DNA of 64,000 nucleotides from Bacteroidota bacterium (GTDB lineage Bacteria > Bacteroidota > Bacteroidia > Cytophagales > UBA9547): contig RDZG01000067.1 of the NCBI GenBank assembly GCA_004293915.1, positions 9,401 through 73,400 on the forward strand, read 5' to 3'. Below the pieces are notes generated by a model. It was not told the origin of the DNA. It made no database searches and saw only the letters and a program-made list of their open reading frames with translations. The translations under genes and the position numbers were made by a program. Positions 1 to 9,435 of the stretch are shown one piece after another (within the stretch, counting starts at the first letter, position 1; each line of letters opens with the position of its first letter).

Positions 1-3000
1 AAATATTACCCAAGAAATAGTTTTTAGAAACATTGCCTTTGATGTCGCCTACTGATGTAAGTCCAAAATGCTGATCGGTTTGCATCAAATTAAATTTACC
101 CAAACTATGCGACACAGAACTCGAATCGTTATAATTAAATAAGTTTCCTTGTAAAACTTCGTTTTTCAATCGTTTAGCATCGCCAATACGAAACGAAGCT
201 GTTGGCTTATCGTAAATCAACTGACCTGTGCTTGTAAAAATCTCATCATCGCTTTCGCTTCTTTTGGTCGAAACTACCCCACTATATACTTCATGAACAC
301 CTGTTTCGTAAAACAAACCAGTAAACAATTTTCCCATTTCTTCGTCCAAAACTTCTTCGTTTTGGTCATCGGTTTGCAATGTGTCTACAACAGCAATTTC
401 TTTCTTTTTAGCTTGCGGTTTTTCTTTTGGTTTTGATAGTTCTATCACAACTTCTCCTGATTTCCCATCAGAAATATATGGAAACCAATCGGTTTTCAAA
501 CCTTTTGTTTTAATATCAATTTTAACTTTTCCATCGAAAGCCAAAATTTTGCTTGTTGCATCTAGTTTTACTTTGCCTTTAAATAAGATTTTTGGAGAAA
601 TATAAAACTTTTGAGATTCTGAAATCACACCTTGTGAAACGGTGTAAGCTAAAGTATCTTTTCTACCTGTTTTTTTCTTTTCTAAAAAAAAATTATTAAA
701 ACTCAACACCATCGTATCGCCACCTGCATTTGCAAATTTATAACGAGCTGTACCATTAAATTTTTTACGAGAAAATATTTCGATTTTACCTTTATCTAAA
801 TAATGATAAGCATTTATTGTATCAATTATTAATTGTGCATTTGAAAATGGTTTAAGTGCTGCACCTACCAAAACGGTAACTTTATTACTATCGGGAATAA
901 TTTTTGAATCAGCAACTTTTATAAAAGGAATACCATCAATTTTCAATAATTTTTTGGTCATATCATAATATCCACCGGCTGCATTGAAAGCCAAAGAATC
1001 TTTTTCGGGATTGGTAGTATAAAAATACGATTTTGATAAATCATCGGTTTCTGAACGCATGGTAACCACTTTTTTATTAATGTCCCAATGTGCATTTTCG
1101 ATAGAAGTTTTAAATTCGTTTAACGGAAATTCCAAACCTGCCAAGCCAGGAGTTTCAGGAGAAATATCAGCATAAGAATCTTTCAAATTAAAGTTTACAC
1201 GCATATTGTTTGCCGACATTGTGGGTTTTGGGCTTCCCGCTGCTCGGGTGTTAAATACAGCATGTCTTGCACTTACGTTGTCGTCTTTAAACAAAAATTG
1301 TCCGATTACATTTGTTTTTTTAATTTCCAACATACCTGCACCAAACAAACCTTTTGGAGTAATATTAAGCGAACCTTCGAGTGAAAGTTGTTTTTTATAA
1401 AGCAAAAATGGATCTTTGATATTGATAATATGCATTGAATCGGCTTTGGTATCCCATTGCATTTCAAAATCATAAATCTCTACATCTGGAAAATACACAT
1501 CAGAAATAGTTGCTTCTTTAATTTTTGCTTGCTGCCCTGTTGCCAAAACCGAATCTTGATAAAAAACAAAATCATTACACTGCCAAACCGAAGACAAATA
1601 TTCTAATTTTCCATTTCCTCTTATTCCATTATTATCTAGCGATAAAGTACCAAAAAACTTACCTTTTCCGCCATACAAATCATAGCCATCTTGAGGCACT
1701 TTGTGTTTGAATCCCAGCGAGTTATCGGGCATAATTTTTAAGGTTTCGTCAAACTCAGGAAAAATTCCTGCTGAAATAAATTTTCCATCAAATTTCACAG
1801 TTGCCTTTTGGTTGCTTTTTACACTGTCTGTTTTAAATGGAGGAATTTTAAAATAAACCCTTCGATTGTATGCTCCATTTAAAATCTCTTTTTTATTGAA
1901 ATATACATTTGCACCCGTTTCTGCATCAAACTTTGGGTATTGTGGCATTTTTTTCTTTCCAGATTTATTGTCAGGATCATTGATATAAATCGTTCCCGAA
2001 GATTGTTCTAACTGATTTTCTAATTTCTTTTCAACTATTTTTCCTGTTTTTGGGTCTTTTTCACGCACAATAAATTTTATAGAATCTATTTGTTTCATGG
2101 TTAGACTATAATCATCGTACCTAAACTTAAAATCTTTGCCTTTCATGTCGTAAGTTCCAGCAACAATTCTACCATCAAAATCCATTTCTCGGTTGTAGCC
2201 AATTTTTACAGTTTTGCCATCAGGATTGGCATATACATTGGCAGAATCGCTAATCTGGAATTTTTCTACTCCTCTGATTGTGAGTATTTTATTTTTAAAT
2301 TCTATAGTTGCATTTGGTTCTTTTGGACTCAACGAAGGCAAATAAAGTGCATCATAATCAGTTTTTGCATCCATCGAAAGTACATAATTTAAGCCTTTCT
2401 TTTTCATTATGATATTACCTGAAATTGGTTCGTATATTATAAAACCTTTTCTATCTAAATCCACCATTGCACCTTTAAATGCAATTGGATCTATTTTCAT
2501 TTTATTAATCAATTCATCAGCTACTATAGTTGACGATTCACTTTTTTTAAGATAAGCAGAAAGTATCCGCAAAGGGTGAAATTGATTTAGCGATTGGATT
2601 TTAAAAAACTCTTTTTGTGTAAAATAATTTCCAGATTTGAACATCGCAGGAATTTGTGTTTTGGCAGCATTGATGTCTAAATCCATCGAATCGGCATTCA
2701 AATCCCATGTTATATTATCAACTGAAAACTCTAATTTATGATAAGTATCTGTAAACCAAGCATTTTTGTAAGGACCTTTGGTGCGTTGCAGTTTTAGTCT
2801 TTTTTGTTCGGTTTCTAAATAAAAACTCAAACTAGGATGCGAAAGGGTATCGCCATCAATAAAAATCTGTACAAATGCTTGATCAGCTGAGATGGTTGAA
2901 TCCTTAAAATTAAAAGCACCTGCAATTACATCAAAATTATATTTTCCGTCATTATAAACCAACGATGCAGGTTTTCCATCTACGCAAGAACTACTAAACC

Positions 3001-4033
3001 TTACTCCCGAAATGGCATAACCACCTGTGTATGAAATACTTTTACCAATCTTTGGTAATGAAACATTATTAGAATAGGAAATAAATTTGGGATAATTTGC
3101 GAGATATGTACGAGTATGTCTTTCGCTTCTAAATTCAAAAATACCATCAATTTTGGATGAAAGTTTTTCTTCGTTTGTAAATGTGGCATCCTCGATATGC
3201 AAAAAATTGTTTGTGGTATTAAACGAATATCCTTTAAATTCAACAAATAATTTTGCCAATTCTTTATCTAAAACAGTCCAATCTATTTTTCCCCCATTTC
3301 CAACAAAAACTTTTGAGTTGAACATAAACGAACCACTCGTTTTTTGAATTATTGCGGTATCAAAACGACTTCCAAGTTTAAGATTAACCTCAAAAAACTT
3401 CAAAACTGGACCTTCAACTGCAGGCAAACTTACATTTGATTGAAAAATATTGGCTTGTGCAGCCGAATCTAAAACGGGTTCTGGTGCAGGAGCAGGTTGT
3501 GTACTATCGCTATTTTGCAAAACACTTGCCACACCTTCGTAGCTAAAATCAAACTTTCCATCTACTACCGTACAACTGTTATTTGGACCTCTAAAAACTG
3601 AACGAGTTTTAAAAAACTGTGATGAAAGTAGTAAAAAATCAAGCAAAACTTTATTTTCTTGATAATCAATAGTTAGCGAAAGTGTTTGAAAAAAATGTTG
3701 CAACACTTCTTGGCTCATTTCTTGAGATTGTGTGCTGCTTATCAAGGTGTTCATCAAATATAAAAAATGTGGATTTTGGACAGCACCTTTACCCAACATT
3801 TTTTTACTTATTTCTGTAACTTTTTGTTTATTTATTTCATCATTTTGTGGATTAGACCAATATTGCTCATCAAATTTTTGAATTTGAGCCATGAAATTCA
3901 CATTACGTGTAGGAGCAAAATAGGCTTTTAAATCAGCAATGTAATTTGCTTTATCTTCAAAAATAGTTGTTTGGGCAACCGAAATTTGAAAACCAAAAAG
4001 GGAAACAAGTACAAATCTTAGTAGTTTTTTCAT
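1..4033 (-). CDS. Large secreted protein of unknown function, N-terminal >1,344 codons only (C-terminus lies left of the window)
   Basis: My own translation from ATG 4033-4031 gives MKKLLRFVLVSLFGFQISVAQTTIFEDKANYIADLKAYFAPTRN..., a signal-peptide-like N-terminus. I checked the frame is open at 1-60, ~1020-1080, ~2040-2100 and 3900-4033. It is absent from the ORF track because no stop codon falls inside the window. Confidence 0.7.
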   Translation of the reverse strand, partial: MKKLLRFVLVSLFGFQISVAQTTIFEDKANYIADLKAYFAPTRNVNFMAQIQKFDEQYWSNPQNDEINKQKVTEISKKMLGKGAVQNPHFLYLMNTLISSTQSQEMSQEVLQHFFQTLSLTIDYQENKVLLDFLLLSSQFFKTRSVFRGPNNSCTVVDGKFDFSYEGVASVLQNSDSTQPAPAPEPVLDSAAQANIFQSNVSLPAVEGPVLKFFEVNLKLGSRFDTAIIQKTSGSFMFNSKVFVGNGGKIDWTVLDKELAKLFVEFKGYSFNTTNNFLHIEDATFTNEEKLSSKIDGIFEFRSERHTRTYLANYPKFISYSNNVSLPKIGKSISYTGGYAISGVRFSSSCVDGKPASLVYNDGKYNFDVIAGAFNFKDSTISADQAFVQIFIDGDTLSHPSLSFYLETEQKRLKLQRTKGPYKNAWFTDTYHKLEFSVDNITWDLNADSMDLDINAAKTQIPAMFKSGNYFTQKEFFKIQSLNQFHPLRILSAYLKKSESSTIVADELINKMKIDPIAFKGAMVDLDRKGFIIYEPISGNIIMKKKGLNYVLSMDAKTDYDALYLPSLSPKEPNATIEFKNKILTIRGVEKFQISDSANVYANPDGKTVKIGYNREMDFDGRIVAGTYDMKGKDFKFRYDDYSLTMKQIDSIKFIVREKDPKTGKIVEKKLENQLEQSSGTIYINDPDNKSGKKKMPQYPKFDAETGANVYFNKKEILNGAYNRRVYFKIPPFKTDSVKSNQKATVKFDGKFISAGIFPEFDETLKIMPDNSLGFKHKVPQDGYDLYGGKGKFFGTLSLDNNGIRGNGKLEYLSSVWQCNDFVFYQDSVLATGQQAKIKEATISDVYFPDVEIYDFEMQWDTKADSMHIINIKDPFLLYKKQLSLEGSLNITPKGLFGAGMLEIKKTNVIGQFLFKDDNVSARHAVFNTRAAGSPKPTMSANNMRVNFNLKDSYADISPETPGLAGLEFPLNEFKTSIENAHWDINKKVVTMRSETDDLSKSYFYTTNPEKDSLAFNAAGGYYDMTKKLLKIDGIPFIKVADSKIIPDSNKVTVLVGAALKPFSNAQLIIDTINAYHYLDKGKIEIFSRKKFNGTARYKFANAGGDTMVLSFNNFFLEKKKTGRKDTLAYTVSQGVISESQKFYISPKILFKGKVKLDATSKILAFDGKVKIDIKTKGLKTDWFPYISDGKSGEVVIELSKPKEKPQAKKKEIAVVDTLQTDDQNEEVLDEEMGKLFTGLFYETGVHEVYSGVVSTKRSESDDEIFTSTGQLIYDKPTASFRIGDAKRLKNEVLQGNLFNYNDSSSVSHSLGKFNLMQTDQHFGLTSVGDIKGNVSKNYFLGNI

Positions 4034-4256
4034 TTGTTAAAAACCAAAAATAAGACAAAACAATTAATTCTATACATGAATTTTATATTTTGATAAAATC
4101 TATTTAAAAACTATCGTTAAATAGCTCGATAATTGTAAACTTTTTTAAAATAAAGCTAAAAATAGCTCATAAAAAATATTATTTTTGCTTTGTATCGCAT
4201 TTTGGATTTATTTTGAATATCCAAAAACAAACACACCCTTTAGCTGCAATATTTTA

Positions 4257-4850
4257 GTGGATAATATTAAATTAGAAATACTTGGGCTTTCGTCAAGCCA
4301 ATCTCAAAGCGGTTCTTTTGCTTTAATTTTAGGTGAGCAAAATGGTAATAGAAGACTTCCTATAATTATTGGCATGTTCGAGGCACAAGCCATAGCCATA
4401 GAAATTGAAAAAATCGTTCCAAACAGACCCATGACACATGATTTGTTTAAAACTTTTTCAAAATCTTTTAATTTTCATTTAGAATATATATTGATATCTG
4501 ATTTAAAAGAAGGTGTTTTTTATGCCAAAATTATTTGTAGCAATGGTATAGAAACGCACGAAATAGATGCACGTCCATCCGATGCCATTGCAATTGGTTT
4601 GCGATTTGATGCCGAAATTTTTACTACAGAAGCTATTATGTCTGAAGCTGGTATAGTTTTAAGTGATTATCCTGAAGAAGAAACTAAAAAAAGTAAAAAC
4701 GTTCCTTCAAAAATGGCTCCAATAGCTAAAAAAGAAGAAATTAAAGATTTTAATGCCGAACAACTCAAAAAGCAACTCAACGAAGCCTTGGCTCGTGAAG
4801 ATTATGAAGCTGCTGCCAAAATAAGAGATGAATTGAGCAAAAGAAACTAA
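4257..4850 (+). CDS. Bifunctional nuclease family protein (DUF151-like) with C-terminal UVR motif
   Basis: Track ORF 4185..4850. Motifs are GSFALILGE, RRLPIIIG, EAQAIA and RPMTHDL, plus a C-terminal EDYEAAAKIRDEL (UvrB/UvrC-type). The in-frame GTG at 4257 (VDNIKLEILGLS) fits the usual family N-terminus better than the TTG at 4185. Confidence 0.8.
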   Translation: MDNIKLEILGLSSSQSQSGSFALILGEQNGNRRLPIIIGMFEAQAIAIEIEKIVPNRPMTHDLFKTFSKSFNFHLEYILISDLKEGVFYAKIICSNGIETHEIDARPSDAIAIGLRFDAEIFTTEAIMSEAGIVLSDYPEEETKKSKNVPSKMAPIAKKEEIKDFNAEQLKKQLNEALAREDYEAAAKIRDELSKRN

Positions 4851-4852
4851 AG

Positions 4853-5029
4853 TTACCTTATAAAAAGTCTGTAAATTAGCACACAAAGTCCAACTAAAAA
4901 CATAATCATCGACAATTTGTTGATGAAATGCATACTTTTTATATTAAAATTTGTTGGTCTGTTTTCATCTTTTTTTCTAAAAAAATATCCAAAAACTTCT
5001 CCTAATTGAAAATAATCTGCAACACGCAT
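4853..5029 (-). CDS. Possible small membrane protein (58 aa), below the track length cut-off
   Basis: My own translation is MRVADYFQLGEVFGYFFRKKDENRPTNFNIKSMHFINKLSMIMFLVGLCVLIYRLFIR. It has an ATG start and one hydrophobic C-terminal helix, and fills an otherwise empty 270-bp gap. Confidence 0.3.
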   Translation of the reverse strand: MRVADYFQLGEVFGYFFRKKDENRPTNFNIKSMHFINKLSMIMFLVGLCVLIYRLFIR

Positions 5030-5121
5030 AAAATCTAAGTTTTAATTTATTGATGAGTATTTATGATTTTATAATCAAAATCATAAATACTAAAACTCAA
5101 CTAATTGATGATATTTATTGT

Positions 5122-5676
5122 TTAAACCATTTTTTGATAAGAGCCAAAAAGTGTGCAAACTTCATCAAAAAACTTTTCTGGAACATCGAAATAAACTAAT
5201 GTAATTGGAGATTCTTTATCGGTATAAAGTGTTTCTAAAATTCCTTTGAATTGGTCGTAAAAAGGCATTTGTCCACGCATCATAGCAAATTGGGTAATTC
5301 GTAAACTATCGCAACCCAAAAACTGACATTCGTCAATTACATCAGCAGTAAGTTTTGCTGCTTGTTCTTTTCCAAAAAAAGTATGTCGCTCTACAAATGG
5401 ACTTAAAATCAAATGATATTTATCAGTAGTTAAAACACCAATGCGTCTGCTAAAATTGCAGTCTTCACAAGCTGCCACAACTTCTTGTTTATCAAGCTTA
5501 TAGAGATTATTTATAATAGAGAATTCCACTGGTCTTGCAGCGCAAGTAACAGCATCAAACTCATACTCATCATCGTCATGTACTTTTTTTATAGCTGCAA
5601 TTTCTTCATCGTATTCGATTCTTCCAGTTGCAACTACTACAGTTAATGATTTTATTTTAAATTTCTCTTTAAGCAT
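5122..5676 (-). CDS. Hypothetical cytoplasmic protein (184 aa)
   Basis: Track ORF with an ATG start. There is no competing ORF, and I recognise no motif. Confidence 0.6.
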   Translation of the reverse strand: MLKEKFKIKSLTVVVATGRIEYDEEIAAIKKVHDDDEYEFDAVTCAARPVEFSIINNLYKLDKQEVVAACEDCNFSRRIGVLTTDKYHLILSPFVERHTFFGKEQAAKLTADVIDECQFLGCDSLRITQFAMMRGQMPFYDQFKGILETLYTDKESPITLVYFDVPEKFFDEVCTLFGSYQKMV

Positions 5677-5700
5677 AAAATTATGAGTAGAAACGCTAAA

Positions 5701-6627
5701 TTATTTAACTTTAAATGTACCCGTACCTATTTTATATCCTTCGCAAACGATTTCAACTTTGTATGTTCCAGGTGCATATTTTAAGCCGCCAAAGGTTGTA
5801 AAAACAATTTTTTGATTCGTGTTTGAAAACATTACACTTTGTTTCATAGTATATGTTTGTTGCGAACCATCAGATAATTTGAGCATTCCACCACCATTGT
5901 TTTCATCAGAAAAAACATCGCCATTAGGTGTAACTAATCGCAAATAAAAATCTTTATAATCTTGTTTTGCCGCTTTGTTATCAACTAAAGTGAAAGCAAT
6001 ATTTACTCTATTAATTTTCGAAGCTTTATATTCTTCATCTTCAATTTCTTTACCATTTTCTTTCAACACAGTTATTTTAAATTGTTCTGCTTTTAAAATC
6101 GAAGCAAATGCTAATTTGCCTTCTAAATCAGATTTTTTGAGTGCCACATTTGCCAAAGAATCACCTAGTTGTGATTTTTCTTTAGATAAATTGCTTACAT
6201 CCGTTTTTAGCGAATCGTTTGCTAAAGTTAAAGCTGCAATTTCTTGATCTTGTTTAGAAATTTCTGCTCTTAAGGAAGCAACTAATTGTTCCAATTCTTT
6301 GCGTTTTGAAGCATCTAAGTTTTTAGATTTTTTCAAATCTGCAATAGCAGCTTTTAGTGTAACCAATTGTTTATCTAACTCATCGTTTTGCAATCCGAGT
6401 TGTTCTCTTTCTGCTTTAATACGTTCAAAATCAATGCTTAAGGATTCTAATTCTTTTGTTTTTTGCGAAATAACATCTTCATTTATAGCCACAGTACCAT
6501 TTAGTTTTTCTACTTCATTTACAGTAGAATTAAGTTTCATTAATAAAAATATTATTATTCCTAATTGTACAACTGCAACTCCTATTAGTGCTTTGGTTAA
6601 TGTTCCAGAATTTTGATTTTGAGTCAT
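5701..6627 (-). CDS. Membrane-anchored coiled-coil protein with C-terminal beta-rich domain
   Basis: Track ORF. It has an N-terminal TM helix (ALIGVAVVQLGIIIFLLM) and a long heptad-like E/K/L/Q-rich region. The antisense ORFs 5975..6247 and 6299..6616 are shadows of this gene. Confidence 0.7.
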   Translation of the reverse strand: MTQNQNSGTLTKALIGVAVVQLGIIIFLLMKLNSTVNEVEKLNGTVAINEDVISQKTKELESLSIDFERIKAEREQLGLQNDELDKQLVTLKAAIADLKKSKNLDASKRKELEQLVASLRAEISKQDQEIAALTLANDSLKTDVSNLSKEKSQLGDSLANVALKKSDLEGKLAFASILKAEQFKITVLKENGKEIEDEEYKASKINRVNIAFTLVDNKAAKQDYKDFYLRLVTPNGDVFSDENNGGGMLKLSDGSQQTYTMKQSVMFSNTNQKIVFTTFGGLKYAPGTYKVEIVCEGYKIGTGTFKVK

Positions 6628-6743
6628 AATTTTTGTTTTTTATCTTTAATAAGTAATATAAATAGTGTTACAACACTACATGTTTTTTATCATTAATCCA
6701 ATTTTTATATACATATTATTTAGAAACATGTATTATTATGGCT

Positions 6744-6893
6744 TTAGATTTTGGGTAATTTGATTTTAGGTTTCTTTTTTGTATTCATAGCATCTAATCG
6801 TTTATCAAAAAAATAATCAATAAGTTTCACCAAAAGAAATAAAACACCACCAATAAGCCCAATAATTAATACTTTTGAAATAATAAACGCCAT
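6744..6893 (-). CDS. Possible small single-TM protein (49 aa)
   Basis: My own translation is MAFIISKVLIIGLIGGVLFLLVKLIDYFFDKRLDAMNTKKKPKIKLPKI. The ATG at 6893 lies 2 nt downstream of the stop codon of the ABC fusion gene. Confidence 0.3.
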   Translation of the reverse strand: MAFIISKVLIIGLIGGVLFLLVKLIDYFFDKRLDAMNTKKKPKIKLPKI

Positions 6894-6895
6894 TT

Positions 6896-8641
6896 TTAGA
6901 ACATATATTTATCGGTTTCTTGCAAAATTGCTAACCTACCACTATAGGTTTTGGAAATATTTTGATTAGTAAAAACTTCATTAGTTTTTCCACATGCCAC
7001 CAGATGTTGATTTATCATGATTATATTATCAAAATAATCTTTCACTTTTGATAAATCGTGATGAATCATAATTACCGTTTTCTTTTCTTCAACCAGTTTT
7101 TTGATAATTGCCATAATTTTGGCTTCTGTAGTGGTGTCTACACCCACAAAAGGCTCATCAAAAAACAATAATTCGGCTTCTTGACACAAGGCTCTGGCAA
7201 TAAAAACACGCTGTTGTTGTCCGCCTGATAAATCACCGATTTGTCGTTTGGCAAATTCTTCCAATCCCATTTTGCGAATGGCATCCATTGTTTTGTTTTT
7301 ATCTGTATTTGAATAACTCTCAAAACGTTTTTTTTCTGGCAATCTTCCTGTCAAAACAATATCAAAAACTGTAGCAGGAAAAGCCCAGTCAATCTCTTCT
7401 TTCTGAGGAATATAAGCTATTTTATTTCGTATTTCATTGATTGATTTTCCATTTATAATTACCTTTCCTGAATCGGGATTTATTAGTCCTAAAATGGACT
7501 TAAATAAGGTTGATTTTCCAGCACCATTTGGACCTAACAAACCATATAATTTGCCCGATTCTAACACAAAATTGATATTTGAAAGCACTGTTTTTTTCTC
7601 GTACGAAATACTTAGATTTTCGATTTCAATTTTATAATCGCTCCAATCAAGCACCGAATGTTTGTTATTTTTAATTTTAAAATACAACCACAAAAATGCC
7701 CAAATAAATAAAAATAAAGCGGCACTAATGAGCGGAAAAATAGGATATTCATTTGCTTTTGAATTGTTTTTGCCCACTAAACCATCAAAAATGGTATCAG
7801 TATTCGATTTTATCATTTGGATATAGGTTGGAGCTTTGCTAAGTGTGTCGCCTATACTATCTGCAAACAAACTTCCACCAACGATAACACCTTGATCGTG
7901 AGCAATTTGTTCAATAAATTTTGGATTAATTGTGCTTTCAACAAATATGGCATTTACACCCGTTTTTTTGATAGTATTCACAATTCGGTTCATGTCTTCA
8001 ATCATCACTTCTGCATCGGTCGAAGTTCCCATGGCTGATTCAACTTTTATGCCATATTCGATTCCAAAATAGCGAAAGGCATCGTGTGAAGTTATTAAAA
8101 TACGTTGATTTTCAGGTATTTGATTAATTTTATTTCTAACATAAACATCTAAAGAGTCGAGTTTTTTTATATAATTATCTGCTTGATTTTGATACCAATC
8201 GGCATTTAAAGAATCTACTTTTGCCAAAAAATTAGCAATGTTTTGTGCATAAATTTTTCCATTCAAAGGGTTCATCCAAGCATGTGGGTCAGGCGATGCA
8301 TGCATTCCTGAGTTTTGAATGGCAATAACACCTTCTGAAACGCTAAAAACTTTGCTTTTGTCAATGGTATTTGTAATCAGTTTTTCGAGCCAACCTTCCA
8401 AATAAAGTCCATTTTTTAATAAAATATCAGCATTAGCAATTTTGGTTGCATCGGATGGAATAGGTTCGTAAATGTGAGGGTCGCTTCCAATGGGTAAAAT
8501 ACAAATCACATCGGCTTTGTTTCCAGCAATGTTTTTAGTAATATCAAAAATAATGGTTGTGGTGCAAACTACTCTCGTTTTTGCTTGCAACAAAAAGGAT
8601 AAAACACAAAAAATAATACACAAATAAAATCGCTTACTCAT
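6896..8641 (-). CDS. Fusion protein: ZnuA/TroA-type metal-binding lipoprotein/SBP domain, one TM helix, ABC ATPase domain
   Basis: This is one uninterrupted track ORF. The N-terminal half is cluster-9 SBP-like (PIGSDPHIYEP, PHAWMNP, ITSHDAFRYF). A TM helix IFPLISAALFLFIWAFLWLYF sits at ~7680-7745. The C-terminal half has Walker A GPNGAGKST, signature LSGGQQQR and Walker B LLFFDEP. The likely start is ATG 8641 (MSKRFYLCIIFCVLSFLLQA, a signal peptide), not the TTG at 8680. Confidence 0.8.
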   Translation of the reverse strand: MSKRFYLCIIFCVLSFLLQAKTRVVCTTTIIFDITKNIAGNKADVICILPIGSDPHIYEPIPSDATKIANADILLKNGLYLEGWLEKLITNTIDKSKVFSVSEGVIAIQNSGMHASPDPHAWMNPLNGKIYAQNIANFLAKVDSLNADWYQNQADNYIKKLDSLDVYVRNKINQIPENQRILITSHDAFRYFGIEYGIKVESAMGTSTDAEVMIEDMNRIVNTIKKTGVNAIFVESTINPKFIEQIAHDQGVIVGGSLFADSIGDTLSKAPTYIQMIKSNTDTIFDGLVGKNNSKANEYPIFPLISAALFLFIWAFLWLYFKIKNNKHSVLDWSDYKIEIENLSISYEKKTVLSNINFVLESGKLYGLLGPNGAGKSTLFKSILGLINPDSGKVIINGKSINEIRNKIAYIPQKEEIDWAFPATVFDIVLTGRLPEKKRFESYSNTDKNKTMDAIRKMGLEEFAKRQIGDLSGGQQQRVFIARALCQEAELLFFDEPFVGVDTTTEAKIMAIIKKLVEEKKTVIMIHHDLSKVKDYFDNIIMINQHLVACGKTNEVFTNQNISKTYSGRLAILQETDKYMF

Positions 8642-8722
8642 ATTATTGTAAAGATATGAAAATGAATAAGTAAGAGACAAATTTATATTGAAAATTGTTT
8701 TATAACTTCCAGTTTAATTGAA

Positions 8723-9343
8723 CTAATTGATTTTATGTCTTTTTTTCAATTCAGCAATCACATCGTGAAGCGAAAAGTTTTTGGCTTCGAGCAAAACCAT
8801 ATAGTGAAATAACAAATCGGCTGCTTCGCCTAAAAACAATTCTTTGTTATCATCTTTTGCTTCAATCACAATTTCTACTGCTTCCTCCCCTACTTTTTGA
8901 GCAATTTTATTGATTCCTTTTTTAAAAAGAGAACTAGTATATGATTTTTCGTCAGGTTCGAGGTGGCGTTTTTTGATTGTGGAAGCCAAATTTTCTAAAA
9001 AAACATAGTCTTCGTTTGTTTCAATTGGATTTTTATTGGGTTCAAACCAACAAGTATCTGCACCTGTATGGCATGCCGGACCGATTGGATTTGCTTTTAT
9101 GAGTAACGTATCGTTGTCGCAATCTGATTTTATGGATTCAACCATCAAAAAATTGCCACTCGTTTCGCCTTTTGTCCAAAGTCTGTTTTTTGAACGGCTA
9201 AAGAAAGTAACTTTTTTCGACTTTTGGGTTTCTTCTAATGCCGAAGCGTTCATAAAACCACACATCAAAATTACAAGTGTTTTGGCATCTTGTACAATTG
9301 CTGGAATTAATCCATCGGCACTTTTTGTAAAATTCACTTCCAT
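8723..9343 (-). CDS. hisI: Bifunctional phosphoribosyl-AMP cyclohydrolase / phosphoribosyl-ATP pyrophosphatase
   Basis: The HisI motif GPACHTGADTCWF is followed by a HisE-like C-terminal half (KVGEEAVEIVIEA, AADLLFHYMVLL). Confidence 0.9.
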   Translation of the reverse strand: MEVNFTKSADGLIPAIVQDAKTLVILMCGFMNASALEETQKSKKVTFFSRSKNRLWTKGETSGNFLMVESIKSDCDNDTLLIKANPIGPACHTGADTCWFEPNKNPIETNEDYVFLENLASTIKKRHLEPDEKSYTSSLFKKGINKIAQKVGEEAVEIVIEAKDDNKELFLGEAADLLFHYMVLLEAKNFSLHDVIAELKKRHKIN

Positions 9344-9379
9344 TTTGCAAATGTAATTTTTTTTTCGATAATGTTAAAT
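9324..9379. repeat. Direct repeat copy A (56 bp) spanning the hisIE start codon, its first 7 codons and 36 bp upstream
   Basis: tttgtaaaattcacttccattttgcaaatgtaatttttttttcgataatgttaaat matches 10395-10449 with 2 substitutions and a 1-nt T-run indel. Confidence 0.9.
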
Positions 9380-9435
9380 GCTAAAAAGATAGATTAGCAA
9401 AATCATGTTCATTTGATAAATTAAGATTCACAAGC

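Noticed and set aside
684-692. A9 homopolymer inside the giant ORF as a phase-variation switch
   Set aside because: Runs of this length are common throughout this AT-rich sequence, and the frame is intact. There is no evidence of variability.
5975-6616. Plus-strand ORFs 5975..6247 and 6299..6616, and similar antisense ORFs such as 55401..55844, 62994..63278, 39180..39464, 29612..29929 and 59166..59471
   Set aside because: They lie entirely inside longer, motif-supported genes on the opposite strand and have low-complexity Ser/Phe/Leu-rich translations. These are shadow ORFs.
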